A stretch of 64,000 nt of DNA from Bacilli bacterium (GTDB lineage Bacteria; Bacillota_I; Bacilli_A; RF39; UBA660), in contig JAAWNF010000001.1 in NCBI GenBank assembly GCA_022798795.1, positions 953 through 64,952 of the forward strand, read 5' to 3'. Under the pieces are notes generated by a model. The model made no database searches, had not been told where the DNA came from, and saw nothing but the letters and a program-made list of their open reading frames with translations. Below, one piece after another: positions 60,167 to 64,000 of the stretch. The first letter of the stretch is position 1, and every line of letters begins with the position of its first letter. A program made the translations under genes and the position numbers.

Positions 60167-61353
60167 AAATGCCAGAATTATTGGCCCCTGCTGGAAACTT
60201 AGAAAAACTTAAATTTGCGCTTCTTTATGGGGCAGATGCTGTTTACTTAGGAGGAACTATGTTTGGACTTAGGGCCAATGCTTCCAATTTTACATTAGAA
60301 GAATTACAAGAAGGTGTATCATTTGCACACAATTTACATAAAAAAGTTTATGTAACTGTCAATATTGCTCTTCATACCTCAGAATTAAAGGCATTAACAG
60401 AGTATTTAAAGGAATTAGATAAAATAGGTGTGGACGCAATTATTATTAGTGACCCAGCAATCATTTCCTTGGTAAAAGAACATACCAATTTAGAACTTCA
60501 CTTGTCTACACAACAATCCACTTTAAATTATGAGTCTGTAAAATTTTGGAAACAAGAAGGGATTAGTAGAATCGTTCTCGGAAGAGAAGCAACAAAAGAA
60601 GAAATTATTGAAATAAAGAAACACGTGGACATTGAAATTGAATGTTTTATTCATGGAGCTATGTGTGCTTCCTATAGTGGAAGATGTGTTCTTTCTAATT
60701 TTTTGACAGCGAGAGATTCTAATCGAGGTGGATGCAGTCAAATATGTCGATGGGATTTCAATTTATTAGATAAAGATAGAACTCCGTTAATTGGAGAAAA
60801 ACCATTTACTTTTTGTACCAAAGACTTATCTCTGCTCGCGTATATTCCTGATATGATAGAGATGGGAATTACTTCTTTTAAAATAGAAGGCAGAATGCGT
60901 TCTATTTATTATATTGCGACAGTTGTCGATATTTATAGAAAAGTAATTGATGAATATGTGCAACAAAAAGAAAGTTATGAATATAATAAGGAGTATGAAA
61001 AAGTACTTACAAATTGTGCCAATAGAGATTCTGTACCACAGTTTTTTAATCACAATGAGGGGGTAGAATGTCAATATTATAATGGTCGAATAGAAGTTTC
61101 TAATCAGGATTTTTTAGGTCTTGTCTTAGAATATAAAGATGGATATGCAGTAATAGAAGAACGCAATTATTTTAAAGTAGGAGATACAGTAGAATTTTTT
61201 GGTCCAAGTGTTAATACTTTTCAGATAACAATAGAAGAAATCATCGATGAATTTGGAGAACAAATCAGTGTAGTAAGACATCCAAAGCAAATTGTAAAGG
61301 TAAAAGTTGGTAAGCCTTTGTATCCAAATGATTTTATGAGAATAAAAAAATAA
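60163..61353 (+). CDS. Peptidase U32 family protein (YrrO/PrtC-like)
   Basis: U32 N-terminal block ELLAPAGNLEKLKFALLYGADAVYLGG and the Cys-rich segment E.ECFIHGAMCASYSGRCVLSN. Confidence 0.8.
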   Translation: MKMPELLAPAGNLEKLKFALLYGADAVYLGGTMFGLRANASNFTLEELQEGVSFAHNLHKKVYVTVNIALHTSELKALTEYLKELDKIGVDAIIISDPAIISLVKEHTNLELHLSTQQSTLNYESVKFWKQEGISRIVLGREATKEEIIEIKKHVDIEIECFIHGAMCASYSGRCVLSNFLTARDSNRGGCSQICRWDFNLLDKDRTPLIGEKPFTFCTKDLSLLAYIPDMIEMGITSFKIEGRMRSIYYIATVVDIYRKVIDEYVQQKESYEYNKEYEKVLTNCANRDSVPQFFNHNEGVECQYYNGRIEVSNQDFLGLVLEYKDGYAVIEERNYFKVGDTVEFFGPSVNTFQITIEEIIDEFGEQISVVRHPKQIVKVKVGKPLYPNDFMRIKK

Positions 61354-61364
61354 TAGAAAGAAAG

Positions 61365-61393
61365 TTGACAAAAGAAAAAAACTGTAGTATTAT
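61365..61393 (+). promoter_or_regulatory. Promoter for greA
   Basis: ttgaca-N17-tattat. Confidence 0.5.
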
Positions 61394-61436
61394 TTGATAG
61401 ATTTAAAAGAAAAATTAATTTTGAGGTGAAATAAAA

Positions 61437-61907
61437 ATGTCAAATACAAAAGAAATTTACTTAACAAAAGCAGGTCTTGAAGAAATGCAAAAGGAATTGG
61501 AGTATCTAAAATTAGAAAAAAGACCTGAAGTAATAAATGCATTAAAAGATGCTCGAGCTTTAGGAGATTTAAGTGAGAATGCGGAATATGATGCAGCACG
61601 TACAGAGCAAGCTATTGTAGAAAGTAAGATTGGGGAATTAGAAGCCATGATAGAGAATGCAATTGTTATTAGTGATGTGAAAACCGATCAAGTTGCAATT
61701 GGTTCAAAAGTAAAAATAGAATATGTAGAAGATAAAGAAACAGAAGAATATACAATTGTAGGAAGCAAAGAAGCTGACCCATTCCAAAATAAGATTTCTA
61801 ATGAGTCACCAATTGCAAGTGCTATTTTAGGACTTCGTGTTGGGGATATTGTATCAGTCGAAAGTCCAAATGGAAAATATGATGTTAAAGTTGTAGGAAT
61901 TATGTAA
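61437..61907 (+). CDS. greA: Transcription elongation factor GreA
   Basis: 156 aa. Coiled-coil N-domain with conserved acidic residues (GDLSENAEYDAAR) and an FKBP-like C-domain. Confidence 0.9.
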   Translation: MSNTKEIYLTKAGLEEMQKELEYLKLEKRPEVINALKDARALGDLSENAEYDAARTEQAIVESKIGELEAMIENAIVISDVKTDQVAIGSKVKIEYVEDKETEEYTIVGSKEADPFQNKISNESPIASAILGLRVGDIVSVESPNGKYDVKVVGIM

Positions 61908-61930
61908 AAGCACTAAGTGCTTTTTTGGTT
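61907..61930 (+). terminator. Terminator after greA
   Basis: aagcact-aa-gtgctt followed by ttttt. Confidence 0.65.
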
Positions 61931-62002
61931 TGAAAAAAAGGAAAAGTGTTGAATTATTAGGAAAAATAAGATATACTAGTAACATGAATTGGAGGAAAAT
62001 GT

Positions 62003-63277
62003 ATGAGTAAAAAAAGTGAAGCAACAGAAAATAAAAATATAAAAGAAATTACTGTTAAAATAGAGGGAAAAGAATGGGAAGAAGCCTTAAATAAAGCCTA
62101 TGAAAAAGCGAGTAAGAAAGTAAAAATTGATGGGTTCCGTCAAGGTCATGCTCCAAAAGAACTATTTTTAAAGAAATATGGAAAATCTTCTTTGTATATG
62201 GATGCAGCAGATTTATGTTTGGAACAAGCTTATGTTAAAGCTTTTGAGGACCAAAAAGATATTAGAATTGTAGCAGAACCTGAGATTGCATTATCAGATG
62301 TAAATGATGAAGGAATTGAATTTAAATTTACTTTAACACTTAGACCAGATGTAAAATTAGGAAAATATAAAGGTTTAGGGGTAAAAAAAGAAAAAGTAGA
62401 AGTAACAAAAGAAGAAATAGAGCATTCTATTGGACACATGAGAGAAAGATACGCTGAAAATGTTTTAAAAGATGGAGCAGTAGCAGATGGAGATATTGTT
62501 GTAATTGACTTTGAAGGATTTAAAGATGGAGTAGCATTTGAAGGTGGAAAAGCAGAAAATTATTCTTTAACGATTGGAAGTGGAACTTTCATTCCTGGGT
62601 TTGAAGAACAATTGATAGGAATGAAAAATGGAGATACGAAAGAAATCAATGTAACTTTTCCAGAAGACTACCATAGCGAGGAATTAAAAGGAGCACCAGT
62701 TGTATTTAAAGTTACATTACATGAAGTAAAAGAAGTTAAAATACCTGAAATTAATGATGAATTTTTTGAAGATTTGGGAATGGAAGGAATTGACACATTA
62801 GACAAATTAGAAGCACAAGTAAAAGAAAATCTTTTAGCACATAAAGAAGCAGAAGCTGATAATAAATATGTAGATGAATTATTAGAAGCAGCAGCAAAAA
62901 ATGTAACAATTGATATTCCAGATGTTATGATAGAAGAAGAAAAGAAACGCATGATTAAGCAATATGAAGAAAATTTGAAAATGCAAGGAATTACATTAGA
63001 GCAATTCTATCAATTTACAAATTCTGATGAACAGGCATTGAAAGACCAAATGCATGAAGAAGCTGTAAAACGTATTACATTTAGATTAATGTTAGAAGAA
63101 ATAGCGCAAGCAGAAAATATAAAAATAACAGAAGAACAAGCAGAAGAAGAAGCTACTAAATTAGCAGAAAAATATCAAATGAAAAAAGAAGAGTTCTTAA
63201 AATTATTTGGTGGATTAGATATGGTAAAATATGACCTTGAGATGCGTGCAGCAATGGATGCGTTGAAAAGTGAATAG
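62003..63277 (+). CDS. tig: Trigger factor
   Basis: Ribosome-binding N-domain (GFRQGHAPKELF signature), a central PPIase domain, and a C-terminal arm. Confidence 0.9.
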   Translation: MSKKSEATENKNIKEITVKIEGKEWEEALNKAYEKASKKVKIDGFRQGHAPKELFLKKYGKSSLYMDAADLCLEQAYVKAFEDQKDIRIVAEPEIALSDVNDEGIEFKFTLTLRPDVKLGKYKGLGVKKEKVEVTKEEIEHSIGHMRERYAENVLKDGAVADGDIVVIDFEGFKDGVAFEGGKAENYSLTIGSGTFIPGFEEQLIGMKNGDTKEINVTFPEDYHSEELKGAPVVFKVTLHEVKEVKIPEINDEFFEDLGMEGIDTLDKLEAQVKENLLAHKEAEADNKYVDELLEAAAKNVTIDIPDVMIEEEKKRMIKQYEENLKMQGITLEQFYQFTNSDEQALKDQMHEEAVKRITFRLMLEEIAQAENIKITEEQAEEEATKLAEKYQMKKEEFLKLFGGLDMVKYDLEMRAAMDALKSE

Positions 63278-63311
63278 GAATTTGACAAAATAATCTAAAC
63301 ATGATAGTATA

Positions 63312-63337
63312 GACCCCAATGAAAAGGGGGTTTTTTT
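63312..63337 (+). terminator. Terminator after tig
   Basis: gacccc-aatgaaaa-gggggt followed by ttttttt. Confidence 0.6.
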
Positions 63338-63925
63338 ATGCCAAGTGTAGGTTATATACCAAATACATTTGAAGATAGAATGATACATTTATTGGTTGAT
63401 AGAAGTGAAATGGAGAAAGATGCAATTTCAAATCTCACACAAAGAGAAATAGACGTTATCAGAATGAAATATTATGAATTAATGAAAACATCAGAAATAG
63501 CGAAAGCTTTGGGATTATCTAATGTTTGGATAAATAAAATTGAGCAAGAAGCATTGTGTAAATTAAGATATATCATTTTGAAGCAAAAAACAACTGTTGT
63601 TGATTCAAAAACTGGGATGAGTGAAAAGGATTGGGAATGTTTAGCAAGTGATATTGCTAGGTGGATGGAATATCAATCTACCAATCCTAAATTGTTTGTA
63701 AAACGCCATGGAATATTAAGGCAATGGGCAAAAGATATCATTATGTGGAGGTTAACACCAGATGAAAGACAAATTCTTTTATGGTATCATGGAATTATGC
63801 CAAAACCGGGAAAAAGTGATCAGGAGTATTATGATACTGTTGATTCTATTCATCGAAAAATTTTAGGACTATTATTAGAAGATGAGCTAGTTGTAAAAAA
63901 AGCTGGGTATAAACAAAGAGTATAG
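63338..63925 (+). CDS. Sigma-70 region-4-like HTH protein (no region 2) with a C-terminal domain of unknown function
   Basis: LTQREIDVIRMKYYELMKTSEIAKALGLSNVWINKIEQEALCKLR resembles sigma-70 region 4.2. The rest of the protein has no recognised family. The ATG directly abuts the tig terminator T-run, so the true start may lie downstream. Confidence 0.4.
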   Translation: MPSVGYIPNTFEDRMIHLLVDRSEMEKDAISNLTQREIDVIRMKYYELMKTSEIAKALGLSNVWINKIEQEALCKLRYIILKQKTTVVDSKTGMSEKDWECLASDIARWMEYQSTNPKLFVKRHGILRQWAKDIIMWRLTPDERQILLWYHGIMPKPGKSDQEYYDTVDSIHRKILGLLLEDELVVKKAGYKQRV

Positions 63926-64000
63926 ATGCTCTTTTTTTCTTTACACAAAAACAAATGTTTGCTATAATGTTACTAGAATGGAGGTTGTTATGGTAGTAGA

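Noticed and set aside
1-64000. Possible Mollicutes-type genetic code (UGA=Trp), considered because ClpB lacks its N-domain and the AT content is high
   Set aside because: Long ORFs such as PolC (1540 aa), PonA (1011 aa) and AlaS (901 aa) are uninterrupted under the standard code. The only internal stop seen is TAA, not TGA.
1-64000. CRISPR arrays, tRNA/rRNA genes, integrases/transposases, prophage remnants
   Set aside because: No direct-repeat/spacer periodicity, no GGTTCGAATCC-type T-arm motifs, and no recombinase or transposase-like ORFs were seen on either strand.

Overview
This is a low-GC Firmicutes chromosomal window with Bacillus-like gene order. The conserved blocks are asnS-[hup, cca]-dnaD-nth-ponA-recU-gpsB-rnpB, rodZ-pgsA-recA-rny, polC, polA, serS (T-box), clpB (CIRCE), hrcA-grpE-dnaK-dnaJ (CIRCE), frr, alaS (T-box)-ireB-ruvX-yrzB-mltG-trmR-U32-U32-greA-tig. 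Long intact ORFs such as the 1.5 kb-aa PolC show the standard genetic code is used (UGA is not Trp). I found no tRNA, rRNA, CRISPR, integrase or transposase. One clear ncRNA (RNase P RNA) and two T-box leaders are present. Accessory-looking content sits in three places. First, a divergent three-gene island between serS and clpB: an ATP-grasp-like enzyme opposite an LRR-transglutaminase-like protein and an HD-domain protein. Second, a 5 kb stretch between clpB and hrcA: a long non-coding leader, a DUF3419/BtaA-like protein, a MiaB-family methylthiotransferase broken by a single in-frame TAA, and a cytoplasmic BspA-type LRR protein. Third, an 849-aa modular type IV pilin-like protein carrying a tandemly duplicated glycine-rich module. 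Other oddities are a Cys-rich N-terminal extension on GrpE, two foreign genes inserted in the dnaK operon, a P-loop kinase-like ORF between the alaS T-box and alaS, and a CDF transporter fused to a GNAT domain. All family assignments rest on motif recognition by eye and on synteny; no database searches were run.
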